Shown: positions 8,648 to 18,741 of the stretch, one piece after another
Layout of the letters: each line of letters begins with the position of its first letter
Numbering within the stretch: the stretch's first letter is position 1
NCBI GenBank assembly: GCA_040218735.1
Contig: JAVJQW010000062.1
Span: forward strand, 32,001-96,000
Reading direction: 5' to 3'
From: Deltaproteobacteria bacterium
Lineage (GTDB): Bacteria > Myxococcota > Kuafuiibacteriia > Kuafuiibacteriales > Kuafuiibacteriaceae
Length of the DNA stretch: 64,000 nucleotides
Program-made: the position numbers and the translations under genes
Notes under the pieces: generated by a model
What the model was told of the DNA's origin: nothing
Databases searched by the model: none
Seen by the model: the letters and a program-made list of their open reading frames with translations, nothing else

Positions 8648-10756
8648 GTGGTGGATTGGGTCTGTCCTGTGCAACCCTATCTGCCCGTGCGTGCCCGCCT
8701 CGCCGCCCTGTTCGTTGGCCTCACGCTGGGCGGATGCAGCTGCGATGGCGACGTGGTGGTGGGCGGCACGTCCTCGCTCGCGTCGGACCGCCTGGTCCTC
8801 GACTTCGGCCGGGTCTTCATCGGCCAGAGCCGCACCCAGACGCTCCTGTTGTCGGCCCCCGGCGAGCTGCCGGTGACCTTCGAGGGGACCTTCCTCGGCA
8901 ACGCGGGCGGCTTCGCGGCAGGCCCGGCCAACGGGGTCGTCGCCGCGAACAACGCGGTCGAGGTCGCCGTGACGTTTGCTCCGATGGTCGCGGGCGAGCG
9001 CGCGGCGGCGCTGATCTTCACCAGCGACGCGACGCGGAGCGCGACCGTCGGCATCGAGCTGCGCGCGCTCGCTGCGTCCCCGCCGGACTGTGAGGACGGC
9101 AACGGCTGCACCGTCGACACGTTCGACCTGAACACCGGCGTCTGCGTCCACCGCGCCGAGCGGCTCGCGTGCGACGACTTCGACGCCTGCACGATCTCCG
9201 ACACCTGTGTCGAGGCCGTGTGCCTCGGTGAGTCGCGCAGCTGCGACGACGGCAACGCGTGCACCGACGACTTCTGCGACGCACGCGAGGGCTGCATCAA
9301 CGTCGTCACCACCAACTGCGACGACAACAACCCTTGCACCGAGGACATCTGCCGACCCGACGGCGGCTGCGACAACATCGTCCTCGACGACGGGACCCCC
9401 TGCAACGACCTCGAACAGTGCACCGTCGCGGACATCTGCGTGGCGGGGTTCTGCGTCGGCGTCCCCGAGGGCATCGAGTGCGACGACGGGGACCCGTGCT
9501 CGAAGATGGAGGCCTGCTTCGACGGCGAGTGCCTCGACCCGACCTACGAGCCGCCGGGCTTCGGCGATGTGAAGTTCGCGACCGACCTCGGCCGCCTCCC
9601 CCCGGGCGCCGGCAGCAACGTGATCCTCGACCGCACGGACAACCTCTTCGTGGCGACGTCCTCGGGCGTCGCGGCGATCGACGAGTGCGGCGAGGTCGTG
9701 TGGACGAACGACACGCTCGGCCCGTCGAGCTTCGGCGCGGCGGTCTCCTTCCCCGGCCTGTTGTCGCTCCCGATCGACGGCCGCATCGTCGACATCGACA
9801 CCTCGACCGGCTCGGTGCTCCGCGAGATCGTCTTCGACGACGTCTTCGAAACGATCGGCACCGCGACCACCGCCACGATCGCCATCGCCGTGCACGACGT
9901 CGCGGTGCGCGCGTCCGGGAGCCTCGTCGTGTCGGTCAGCCGCACGATCGACGACGGGATCGCGACGACGTTCGAGGGCGTGCTCGCGGAGGTCGATCCC
10001 ACGCACTCGATCAGCACGCTGTTCCTGAACCTCGGCGAACGTTGGGCGCGTCGTGTCGCGATCGACGCGGACGAAGGCGTCGTGGCGATCGTCGAACGCG
10101 GCCGACCCGGCGACGCCACCTCCGTCGCGCAGGTCCTCCGCCTCGGCGTCGGCGCGGTCCCCGGTGACACGTGGTCGTCGTCCGAGATCGACGCGGCCCG
10201 CACGGACCTCGCGATCGGCGAGGGGAGCGAGGTGTGGTGGTCGGCGGGGCTGCAGGCGTTCTCGAAGGACGGCGTGCCCTACGGGTTGATACCGGCGCCG
10301 CTCGACCCCGCCGCCGTGCACGCGGGGTCCCCACTCGCGGTCGGCGAGCGCGTGCACGTGGTCGTGCGTCGCGAAGACTCCGCCAACTTCGCGCCGGGCG
10401 GCGTGTATCACCTGCTCACGATCTCGGCGACGACCGGTGAGACGCTGTCCGACATCATGTTCATGGACCCGGTCGTGGGGATGAGCCCGGTGGTCGACCT
10501 CGTCGGTAACGTCTACGTGCTGACCGGGCGCGGGACGCTGTTCGGCTTCACCGAGCTCGGGCAGCTCCTGTTCGCCACCGACCTGCCGATCGACACATCG
10601 CGTCGTCTCGACGACATCGCCCTGGCCATCACGTCCAAGGGCGTCGTCGTCGGTGCAGCCGGGGGGCATGCATTCGGCGTACAATCGAACTTCCCCATGT
10701 CGGGCGCCGCTTGGCCGCGGCACCGACGGGACAACCTGGCCACGGGACACCGATGA
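8648..10756 (+). CDS. Lipoprotein: ASH/choice-of-anchor Ig domain, Cys-rich CDDGNxCTxD repeats, PQQ-like beta-propeller
   Basis: LGGC lipobox; LDFGRVFIGQSRTQTL; many CDD.N.CT.D.C repeats; C-terminal WPRHRRDNLATG. Confidence 0.75.
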   Translation: MVDWVCPVQPYLPVRARLAALFVGLTLGGCSCDGDVVVGGTSSLASDRLVLDFGRVFIGQSRTQTLLLSAPGELPVTFEGTFLGNAGGFAAGPANGVVAANNAVEVAVTFAPMVAGERAAALIFTSDATRSATVGIELRALAASPPDCEDGNGCTVDTFDLNTGVCVHRAERLACDDFDACTISDTCVEAVCLGESRSCDDGNACTDDFCDAREGCINVVTTNCDDNNPCTEDICRPDGGCDNIVLDDGTPCNDLEQCTVADICVAGFCVGVPEGIECDDGDPCSKMEACFDGECLDPTYEPPGFGDVKFATDLGRLPPGAGSNVILDRTDNLFVATSSGVAAIDECGEVVWTNDTLGPSSFGAAVSFPGLLSLPIDGRIVDIDTSTGSVLREIVFDDVFETIGTATTATIAIAVHDVAVRASGSLVVSVSRTIDDGIATTFEGVLAEVDPTHSISTLFLNLGERWARRVAIDADEGVVAIVERGRPGDATSVAQVLRLGVGAVPGDTWSSSEIDAARTDLAIGEGSEVWWSAGLQAFSKDGVPYGLIPAPLDPAAVHAGSPLAVGERVHVVVRREDSANFAPGGVYHLLTISATTGETLSDIMFMDPVVGMSPVVDLVGNVYVLTGRGTLFGFTELGQLLFATDLPIDTSRRLDDIALAITSKGVVVGAAGGHAFGVQSNFPMSGAAWPRHRRDNLATGHR

Positions 10757-12930
10757 AGAGCACCCTTCGACGCCTCGCGCCCTGCGGTCTGCTGCTCGTC
10801 GCGAGCTGTAGCGGCTGCGAGGACACCGGCGGCTTCGTGAGCCTCGAGCCGGGGCTCTCGGTGAACCCGCTCGTGCTGGACCTCGGCGAGGTGCCGCTCG
10901 GCGTGCGAGCGCAGGGGGTCTTCACGGTGCGCAGCCGGGGCGACGCTCCCTTGATGATCAGCCGCCTCGAGCTCGAAGAGACGGACATCTTCCAGATCGT
11001 GAACGAGACGGCGCGCGCCCTCGCGCCCGCGCAGAGCGACGTGGTGCAGGTCGCGGCGCGCCCGATGACACTCGGCATGCACGAGACCGTGTTGGTGATC
11101 GAGTCGAACGACTCCGAGGCCCCGCGCCTCGACATCCCGGTGCGCGTGACCGCGGTGGAGCAGCCGCCGTGCGACGACCTCAACGTCTGCACGACGGACG
11201 TCTTCGACACGGAGCTCGCGCGCTGCACACACAGCTTCGCCGACGGGACGGCATGTGAGGCGGCCGACAAGTGCATCATCAACGCCGTCTGCTCGCAGGG
11301 CGTCTGCCTCGGCGCGTCGAAGACCTGCGACGACGGAAGCGTCTGCACGCGCGACCTGTGCCGCCAGATCGACGGGGAGTGCATCTTCATCGACAACGAG
11401 CTCGCGTGTGAGGACGACAACCCGTGCACGGCGGACCTCTGCGGTCCGACGGGCTGCGAGCACGTGGCGCTCTCCAACGGCACCGCCTGCGACGACGGCG
11501 ACCTCTGCACGCAGGGCGACGCGTGTTTCGCGGGCGCGTGCGTCGGCACCGGGATGCCGGACGGGACGGCGTGTGACGACCTCGACTCCTGCACCGTCGA
11601 AGACACGTGCCGGGCCGGCGTTTGCTCGGGGACCTCGATCGTCGCATCGAAGGCGGAGGGCGAGCACGTCTTCACCTACGACCTCACCGCGTGGCCGGAG
11701 CGCGCGTTCCTCCACCGGCGTGAAGTCAGCATGTCCGACGACGGCGTCTTCTACGGGCTCGACCACCTCAACCTGCCGAACAACCAGGGGCTCACGCACG
11801 TCGTCTTCGCGTTCTCGCAGTGCGGCACGCCGGTGTACGAGTTCGCGTATCGGCCGCCGGACGCGCACGTGCTCGTGAGCTACGTGCGGCGCGCGATGCA
11901 GATCGGCGCGAACGACGAGGTCCGGATGGTGGTCGGCGTCCGCCAGCAGCCGCAGAACGGCTTCGAGCCGCAGACCACGACCTACCTCCTCGACGACACC
12001 GGGCAGGTCCTCCTCTCGGGCGTCCAAGCGCTCGGCGGCGAGACCGGGCGAGCGCTGCTCCCCGACGGCTCGTACATCTTCGGGACCATCTGGCCGCTGT
12101 CCTCGCACATCCCGTCGCCCGAGAACCCGTCGCGCCAGAACCTCGTCGTGGTGCGCGAGGACGTCTCCGGCAACGTGCTGTGGCGCCACGAGCGCGAGTC
12201 GGGGCCCTGGGCCGAGTTCCTCGGCGTCGCGGGCCCGCGCGTCCTCTTCTGGGCGCTCGGCCGCTTCGGCGCGCTGGACTTCAACACGGGCGCGACGGTG
12301 TGGTCGCAGGAGACGCCGTTCATCACCAAGGAGATGGCGCTCGCGACCGGCCTCAACCTCGGCGTCGCGCGTGCGAACGATCAGCTCATCGGCGTAGAGA
12401 TATTGAATGGAACGCAGGTGTTCCGGTTCCCGGAGGCCGCTTCGTTCGAGTACGTCGCACGCACGGACCCGGTCATCTCGGCGGACGGACGGGTCCTGGT
12501 CATGATGGAGCGCCGCAACACCGAGACGTTCCAGCCCGAGACCCTGTCGTGGGTCGTGCTCGACGCTCAGGGCCAGGTCGTCAACGAGACGCCCCTCCCG
12601 TACGTCTTCCCGGCCGACTACGCCGAGACGCGCCACGAAGACTACTTCGACGACCCCTCCCCCACCGTCGCGGACGACGGCGTGGCGTACATCGGCTACG
12701 GCGACACGTTCTGGGCGATCGACCCCACCGGCAACATCCGCTGGACGTACACGTCGACGGTCGAGAACGCGTTCACCGGCACCGTCCCGCTCTTGCGCGA
12801 CGACGGCGTCATGCTGATCAACGAGACGAGCCGCCGCATCATCGGCATCCGCACCAACGGCGGGCAGATGAGCGACGACGGGTGGGCGAGCTTCCGTCAC
12901 GACAACGAGCGCACGAACTTCACGCCCTGA
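10753..12930 (+). CDS. Paralogous lipoprotein: Ig domain, Cys-rich repeats, beta-propeller
   Basis: ATG at 10753 overlaps the upstream stop (ATGA). Signal LLLVASCSGC; LDLGEVPLG; CDDLNVCTTD repeats; C-terminal WASFRHDNERT. Confidence 0.75.
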   Translation: MKSTLRRLAPCGLLLVASCSGCEDTGGFVSLEPGLSVNPLVLDLGEVPLGVRAQGVFTVRSRGDAPLMISRLELEETDIFQIVNETARALAPAQSDVVQVAARPMTLGMHETVLVIESNDSEAPRLDIPVRVTAVEQPPCDDLNVCTTDVFDTELARCTHSFADGTACEAADKCIINAVCSQGVCLGASKTCDDGSVCTRDLCRQIDGECIFIDNELACEDDNPCTADLCGPTGCEHVALSNGTACDDGDLCTQGDACFAGACVGTGMPDGTACDDLDSCTVEDTCRAGVCSGTSIVASKAEGEHVFTYDLTAWPERAFLHRREVSMSDDGVFYGLDHLNLPNNQGLTHVVFAFSQCGTPVYEFAYRPPDAHVLVSYVRRAMQIGANDEVRMVVGVRQQPQNGFEPQTTTYLLDDTGQVLLSGVQALGGETGRALLPDGSYIFGTIWPLSSHIPSPENPSRQNLVVVREDVSGNVLWRHERESGPWAEFLGVAGPRVLFWALGRFGALDFNTGATVWSQETPFITKEMALATGLNLGVARANDQLIGVEILNGTQVFRFPEAASFEYVARTDPVISADGRVLVMMERRNTETFQPETLSWVVLDAQGQVVNETPLPYVFPADYAETRHEDYFDDPSPTVADDGVAYIGYGDTFWAIDPTGNIRWTYTSTVENAFTGTVPLLRDDGVMLINETSRRIIGIRTNGGQMSDDGWASFRHDNERTNFTP

Positions 12931-12937
12931 AGTCGCC

Positions 12938-13609
12938 TCAGAGGAACATGCCCGCCTCGAGCTGCCGGAAGGGCTTCGGATCCGTGAACAGCTCCGGCCG
13001 ACAGCCGCCGACGCTGGCGCACTCTTCGAGGAGCGCAGGGTCCATCGGACGATTCACCGGACACGGCGCCGCGCAGTCCGTCGTGCACGGGCAGTACGCG
13101 CTGTACCCGCCGCAGTAGCATCCGACCCCCGGCTGCTTGCCGGAGTAGCAGATACAGCCCTCCTCGTCCGCGCGATCGAAGAGGCTGAGATCGATCATGA
13201 GCCCGATACAGTCCTTCCGCTCCGCCTGGTCGGGGTACGGCAGGTAGAGCAACGGTGTGTCCGCGCCCTCGATCGCGATCGCACGAGCCCCACGTTTGGA
13301 GAGCCACTTCTTGGCGGCGATGACCTCCTTCAGATCCTTGGAGCGGTCGAAGAACTTCGCGCGCTCGAGGAGCTCGATCGCCTTAGCGCCTGTGATGACC
13401 TTGCCGGCGCGCTCCCTCGCGATCAGCGCGTTCTTGCCGTGGAGCTGCCGCGTCACCTCGCCGATGACCGTCCGCAGCTGACCGAGCGTCTGCGCGTAGA
13501 CGACGGCCTCCGCGCCGGCGTCGCCTTGGCTCGGAGTCTTGCAGCCCTCCAGCGCCATGACCGCGACCGCAGCCGAGAAGATGAGTGTTCGGTTCGTGGT
13601 TGTGTTCAT
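12938..13609 (-). CDS. Hypothetical lipoprotein with a Cys-rich C-terminus
   Basis: Lipobox ALEGC; C-terminal GCICYSGKQPGVGCYCGGYSAYCPCTTDCAAPCP...ECASVGGC. Confidence 0.65.
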   Translation of the reverse strand: MNTTTNRTLIFSAAVAVMALEGCKTPSQGDAGAEAVVYAQTLGQLRTVIGEVTRQLHGKNALIARERAGKVITGAKAIELLERAKFFDRSKDLKEVIAAKKWLSKRGARAIAIEGADTPLLYLPYPDQAERKDCIGLMIDLSLFDRADEEGCICYSGKQPGVGCYCGGYSAYCPCTTDCAAPCPVNRPMDPALLEECASVGGCRPELFTDPKPFRQLEAGMFL

Positions 13610-13715
13610 GCGCGGCGTGAGTGCACCGCGTATGCCAGTCGCGCAGCCTGCTCCGCCGACGTGATTGTCCCGTGGGTCACCGTGCGAGCACGTGCACGGC
13701 CGAGCGCCGCACGCG

Positions 13716-15821
13716 CTACGGCGCCGGAGGCACCGCGAGGAGCCGCTCCGCTTCCTCGATGTTGAGGCGCGCGGCCGCCTCGTCGCCGTTCAGCAACGCG
13801 TCCGCGGCCGAGTTCGTGTACTGCCACACGGTGTTCGGGATCGGGCGCTGGTTCGCCTGGCGCTGTTTGATCTCGGCGCTTATCGCTCCGTACCGACTCC
13901 GCAAGTCAGCTTGCGCCCGGTCGCCCGACTTGATCTTCGCGACCACCGTCCCGATACCGATGCCCACGGCGATCGCGAACAAGAGCAGCCCGGCGAGCAG
14001 CATGAGGTTCCGGCTCGCCGAGGAGTTGCGTTTTTGGGGGCGAGCCTTCTGCGCGCTGCCCGTCGCGCGCGACGGGCGCTGCGGCGTCGCCACCGGCGCC
14101 GGGGCGCTCACCCGCGCCTTCGCGCGCGGCGCCGACGGTTCACTCTTCGACTTCTTCTCCTGAATCGCGCGCGGCGCGGAGCGTGAAGGCCGGAACGTCG
14201 GATCCAAGGCCCCGTCCTCGGGCCCCGGCGACGACGACGAACCCACCGGCTTCACGATCACCGAGTCCGGGTTGCTGCGACGCTGACGCGCCGAAGTGCC
14301 GCCGTTGGGCGGGATGGAGCCGTTGGTCTTCGCGGGGGCGCTCGGCAACGCCAGCGCGGGGCCGCTCGCGGGATCCGGGTTCGTGATGCCGCCCGGCGCG
14401 AACGAATCGAGGTTCTTCGCGAAGCCCGCACCGCGATCGATGAAGCCGGGGAGCTGCGTCTCCGCGTCGCCGTCGGACGTGTCGATGTCGAGCAGGCCGA
14501 CGTTCTTGCCGGTGGTCGGGAGCGGCGCGTCGAGGCCCAGGTCCGGGAACATCGAGACGGCGCGGGTCGGCATCCCGTCGTCGTCCTCGTCGAGCTCCGA
14601 GACGTGCGCGACGTTCGCGGCCATCGTCACGTCGCTGGGGCCGGTGCCCTCGCCGTCGAACGTCGGCGCCGGGCGCCCGCCGATCTGCGCGACGGCGGAG
14701 TGAATCTCGTCCTCCACCAGGTCGAGCTCGGTGCCCTGGTGTTCGTCGAACACCGCCGTCTCGAGGTCCTTCGGCCCCTCCAACCGCGACCCAGCGCGCG
14801 GGCGCGCGAGCACCACGGTGCCCTCCGACTGGACGACGTACTCCTCGATGTCGATCTGCACGATGCGATCGCGCTCCTCGAGCTCCTCACCCTTCTCCGC
14901 TTCGAACAGCTTGCCGAGCCAGTGCCCGACCGCCGTCCGCGGCACGAGGAGGCCCGCGTTGCGCGCGTCGTTGGTGAGCTGCGCGAGCAGCTTCGCCGCG
15001 TCCTGCGGGCGCCGCGACGGGTCCTTGTCGAGGAGCCGGTGCACGAACGACACGAGCCACGGCGGCAGGTCCGGCCGCAGATCCGACAGCGGCCGCACCG
15101 TCTCCGAGAGCACCTTCAGCAGCACCTCGGCGGTCGTGCCCTGGTGCGGCGCGACGCCCGTGAGGAACCGGTACATCACTGCGCCGAGGCCATACAGATC
15201 CGACGCGGGCGACGCCGGCTCGCCGCGGATGACCTCCGGTGCGAGGTAGTGCGGCGTCCCGAGGATCTCGCCGTGGTTGGTCAGGTTGCTGCCCTCGGTG
15301 AGCAGCGACTTCGCCAGCCCGAAGTCGGCGACCCGCGCGATCCCGTCGTAGCCGACCAGCACATTCCCGGGCGTGACGTCGCGGTGCACCAGCTTCAGTG
15401 GCTTGCCGTCGGGCTCCCGGACGCCGTGCACGTAGCCCAGCCCCGCGAGTGTATCGATCAGGAGGCGAATCGCGACCGCCGCGGGTCCGCCCTGCCCGCG
15501 CTCGCGCAGCCGGTCCGCGACGATGCCGGTGTCCTTGCCCATCACGAGCACCGACGCGACGTACAGCTGCCCCTCGACCGAGCCGACGTCGAGGGTCCCG
15601 ACGACGTGCTGGTGCGACAGGCGCACCGCGAGCTCCGATTCGTGCTGAAAGCGCTCGGCGAACGTGGGGACACGCGCCACATCCGGCCGCAGCCGCTTCA
15701 CGGCCGCGAGCGGGTTTTCGTCCCACGGGGTGCGGGCGATGAAGACTTCGCCCATCCCCCCACGGCCGAGTGTTCGGACGATCAGGAACGGCCCGAAGCG
15801 ATGGAGGCTCGGATCCAACAC
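13716..15821 (-). CDS. Membrane-anchored Hanks-type Ser/Thr protein kinase
   Basis: LGRGGMGEV, AVK, HRDVTPGN, DFG, GTPHYLAPE; acidic linker; single TM (LMLLAGLLLFAIAVGIGIG). Confidence 0.92.
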   Translation of the reverse strand: MLDPSLHRFGPFLIVRTLGRGGMGEVFIARTPWDENPLAAVKRLRPDVARVPTFAERFQHESELAVRLSHQHVVGTLDVGSVEGQLYVASVLVMGKDTGIVADRLRERGQGGPAAVAIRLLIDTLAGLGYVHGVREPDGKPLKLVHRDVTPGNVLVGYDGIARVADFGLAKSLLTEGSNLTNHGEILGTPHYLAPEVIRGEPASPASDLYGLGAVMYRFLTGVAPHQGTTAEVLLKVLSETVRPLSDLRPDLPPWLVSFVHRLLDKDPSRRPQDAAKLLAQLTNDARNAGLLVPRTAVGHWLGKLFEAEKGEELEERDRIVQIDIEEYVVQSEGTVVLARPRAGSRLEGPKDLETAVFDEHQGTELDLVEDEIHSAVAQIGGRPAPTFDGEGTGPSDVTMAANVAHVSELDEDDDGMPTRAVSMFPDLGLDAPLPTTGKNVGLLDIDTSDGDAETQLPGFIDRGAGFAKNLDSFAPGGITNPDPASGPALALPSAPAKTNGSIPPNGGTSARQRRSNPDSVIVKPVGSSSSPGPEDGALDPTFRPSRSAPRAIQEKKSKSEPSAPRAKARVSAPAPVATPQRPSRATGSAQKARPQKRNSSASRNLMLLAGLLLFAIAVGIGIGTVVAKIKSGDRAQADLRSRYGAISAEIKQRQANQRPIPNTVWQYTNSAADALLNGDEAAARLNIEEAERLLAVPPAP

Positions 15822-15869
15822 GAGGGAAAGCTCACGGGGAGTCTAGTGTAGTCCCCTCGGCGACTCCAC

Positions 15870-16598
15870 TCATTGGATCGCTTCGTCGCGCTCCTGGTTC
15901 CACATCGCCCACTGCAGGTCTGCACCGGCGTCCGTGAAGTCCTCGGCGGGCGCGATCTCACCCAGCGCCGTGACCTTCACCTGCTTCATCGCGGTCGCGA
16001 TGACCTCTTCCCACTGCTTCTTGTCGATGCGGGAAGGGCCCGCCACCTGCGTCCGCGCGCGGCGACGGTACGGGTTCTCGTTCTTCTTCACGCCGACAGT
16101 GCCGGTGTAGACCTTCACGAGGCTCGACAGGTCGGTGTTCGCGACGACGGTGAACGACGTCCCGCGTACCCCTGCGACGGCATTGTCGGTCTGGACCTCG
16201 AACTTGCTGCCGCCCGACATGCGCTTCGCGACCTTCGCCCACAGGCGTCCCACCCAGACCCGAACCGAGACGGTGCGCTGCTTGCCCTTCATCCGAGCCT
16301 GCGACAACGCGAGCGTGGTCTTCTCGTCCACGCGGATCCGCGAACCGTCGCCGAGCTTCAGCTCCAGCCGCGCGTCCGCCGCGGTGCGCACCGCGGCGCC
16401 CTCCGCGAGCTTCGCGCCCTTCTTCAGCGCCTTCCACGGCGCCTTCGCCGCGATCTGGCCGTCCTTCGTGTGTTTCGCCGCGTTGGGCAGATACTCCGTC
16501 TTGCCCTTCGCGTACGTCACCTTCGTCGGCGCCGCCGCCGCGACCTGAGCCGTCAGGAGCAGCGCCAACGCCGCCCCCGCTGCCATGACGCTCCGCAT
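15870..16598 (-). CDS. Secreted FecR-domain protein
   Basis: Start reassigned to MRSVMAAG (16598). Signal peptide, VRTAADARLEL.LGDGS, FEVQTDNAVAGVRGTSF (FecR signature). Confidence 0.8.
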   Translation of the reverse strand: MRSVMAAGAALALLLTAQVAAAAPTKVTYAKGKTEYLPNAAKHTKDGQIAAKAPWKALKKGAKLAEGAAVRTAADARLELKLGDGSRIRVDEKTTLALSQARMKGKQRTVSVRVWVGRLWAKVAKRMSGGSKFEVQTDNAVAGVRGTSFTVVANTDLSSLVKVYTGTVGVKKNENPYRRRARTQVAGPSRIDKKQWEEVIATAMKQVKVTALGEIAPAEDFTDAGADLQWAMWNQERDEAIQ

Positions 16599-16603
16599 CG
16601 AAG

Positions 16604-17776
16604 TCACCGCTTCAGCGCGACGACGACCTTCGAGCGCGTCACGTCCTCGACCTCGACGGAGAATCCTTCGAACGTCTTGTTCTCCAGGTCGTACCCGAAG
16701 TCCGACGCCCGCGCGCGTACGCGTACCGCGAGGTACGCGCTGCCGCCCTTGCGACGGCGCACCCGCACGGACTCGACGCCGCGCACCTGCTCCTTGATGA
16801 CCTTCTGGAGCTTGCGCACCATCGACGACGACTTCGCGCCGCGCGCCACGAGCTCGATGTCCCGCGCGCTGGCGGCTTCGGCCGTCCACTTGGTGAGGAT
16901 CTTCTTCTCGAGGTCCGCGGAGATCTTCTTGCCGAGCGCCTTGATCGCGAGGCGCCCGCCCATGTTCGGGTCGATGTGCGGCGCCACGCCGGTGTCTTCC
17001 TTCACCGCGATGATCTCGCCGGTGTCGATCGACAGCACACGCAGGTTGCCGACCGCGTGGAACGAGTGCATCCGCACCCCGTCCATCACCGGCCCCGCGT
17101 CACTCACGAGGACCTGGCCGACGATCGCGATGTCGGCGTCCGCATCGCGCCCGAGGGTCACGGCCATGTTGTTGTCCACGCCGGGTTTGCGCATCGCGCC
17201 CTGCACCTGGAGCTTGTCGGAGAGGAGCGCCGGGTCGATGAACTTGTAGCCGCGCGGCTGCCACTGCTCGATCAGCGCGGTCTGCATGAGGCCCATGTCG
17301 GAGACGAAGCCCGAGTTGCCCCACCAGTACGAAAAGCCCTTCGAGCCTACGTTCTGCTCCGCGATCATCACGATCACGCGCGGCTTGGTCGCGAAGATCT
17401 GCTCGAGGTCCTCGGCGACACGCGCGGTGTCGACCGTCGCCTCGATCTTCACGTGGTAGACGCCCTCTTCCTTGTACTCCGCGATGATCTTGTAGTTCTT
17501 CACGAAGCCGCTGGCGCGGGCGTAGATCTTGTCTTCGACCAGCTGGAAGTTCTCGGTGATGCTCTGCGCCGAGACCTGCGTCCCGGCGACCTGCTCCACG
17601 GCCTTCCGCTTGGCGTCGTCGAGCGCGCGGTCGCGCGCCGTCGCGATGTCGTCGTTGATGACCGCCGCGACGCCCTCGACCTTGATCGTCTGCGTCTCGG
17701 CGCTCGCGGCCGGCGCAGCGATCGTCACCGCCGCCGCCGCCAGGATCGGAATCACGAACCCTCGGTGCTCCTGCAT
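16604..17776 (-). CDS. FlgT N-terminal-domain-containing secreted protein
   Basis: AGGAG RBS upstream of ATG 17776; VEGVAA...ARDRALDDAKRKAVEQVAGTQV matches FlgT_N pattern. Confidence 0.75.
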   Translation of the reverse strand: MQEHRGFVIPILAAAAVTIAAPAASAETQTIKVEGVAAVINDDIATARDRALDDAKRKAVEQVAGTQVSAQSITENFQLVEDKIYARASGFVKNYKIIAEYKEEGVYHVKIEATVDTARVAEDLEQIFATKPRVIVMIAEQNVGSKGFSYWWGNSGFVSDMGLMQTALIEQWQPRGYKFIDPALLSDKLQVQGAMRKPGVDNNMAVTLGRDADADIAIVGQVLVSDAGPVMDGVRMHSFHAVGNLRVLSIDTGEIIAVKEDTGVAPHIDPNMGGRLAIKALGKKISADLEKKILTKWTAEAASARDIELVARGAKSSSMVRKLQKVIKEQVRGVESVRVRRRKGGSAYLAVRVRARASDFGYDLENKTFEGFSVEVEDVTRSKVVVALKR

Positions 17777-17793
17777 GCTGTACTCCTGTTTCC

Positions 17794-18609
17794 TCACGGT
17801 CCGTCCGTCACGATGACGACCCGCGCCTCCGCGAGGAACGTCTGGTTCACGTTGCGAAGCGCCGCGGCGTCCTCACCCGAGATCTGGATGTCCGACGCCA
17901 CCTCGCCGAGCGCCGACGCCTTCACGACGAGCGGGCTCTTGCCGACGAGCTGGTTCTGCTTCGCTTCGTCCACCGTGCGCGCGTAGGACGCGGTCCCGCG
18001 CTGCCGGAGCACGCTCGGCCCGACCATCGCGGCCTCGTAGACGGGCTCGCCCTTGTCGTCGAGGACCCGCGGCTTGAGGGCCGGCTTCGCCGTGGTGCCC
18101 ACCGCGTCGATGATGAGACCCGTGTACTTGGCCTCACCGTCCATCTTGACCTTCTTGTAGGACTTCACGGGCGACAGGGTCGTCGCGAGCCCACCGTCGA
18201 GCGCGCAACGCACCACGACGTCCACGCCGCCGTCCGAGTAGTAACGGGTGTCGACCGTCTTGCAGCCGCGCAAGATCCCTTGCACCTGCGCGCGGACCTG
18301 CGCGTTCTCCAGCGCTTTCGACCCCGGCTCGCCCGCCGTGATCTTCACGCCCTTGAGCGCCTCGAGCACGTTCCGATACGCGTCGACCTTGGCGGCGCGC
18401 TCGGCGTTGAGCCGCACCGCGGCCACGTTCTCCAGCTTGAGGTTGGGCGCCCCCGAGCCGGTGGCGACGACGGTCTTCGTCGTCCAGTTCACCTCACCGT
18501 GCTCGAGCTTTTCGACGATGGGGTCGTCCGCCGCGGCGGCGACCGACGACAGACCGAGAATGACCAGCGCGGGGATCCAACCCACACGCGCGCAACGAAC
18601 GTCCGACAT
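17794..18609 (-). CDS. LPP20-like secreted protein
   Basis: The real gene is the 3' part of the 859-aa track ORF, starting MSDVRC. VNWT..VVATGSG, AERAAKVDAYRNVLE, YTGLIIDA motifs. Confidence 0.75.
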   Translation of the reverse strand: MSDVRCARVGWIPALVILGLSSVAAAADDPIVEKLEHGEVNWTTKTVVATGSGAPNLKLENVAAVRLNAERAAKVDAYRNVLEALKGVKITAGEPGSKALENAQVRAQVQGILRGCKTVDTRYYSDGGVDVVVRCALDGGLATTLSPVKSYKKVKMDGEAKYTGLIIDAVGTTAKPALKPRVLDDKGEPVYEAAMVGPSVLRQRGTASYARTVDEAKQNQLVGKSPLVVKASALGEVASDIQISGEDAAALRNVNQTFLAEARVVIVTDGP

Positions 18610-18741
18610 ACCTTGAAAGACTTCCCCTCCGGGTCCTTGGGACGTGGACCCATGGGAGAAATTCACCGGGTATGCGTTTTTTTTCGACCCCGGCCGCAAC
18701 CACTGGAAATCTCCCGGTTTCGTGGCATCCTTCCCCACGCG

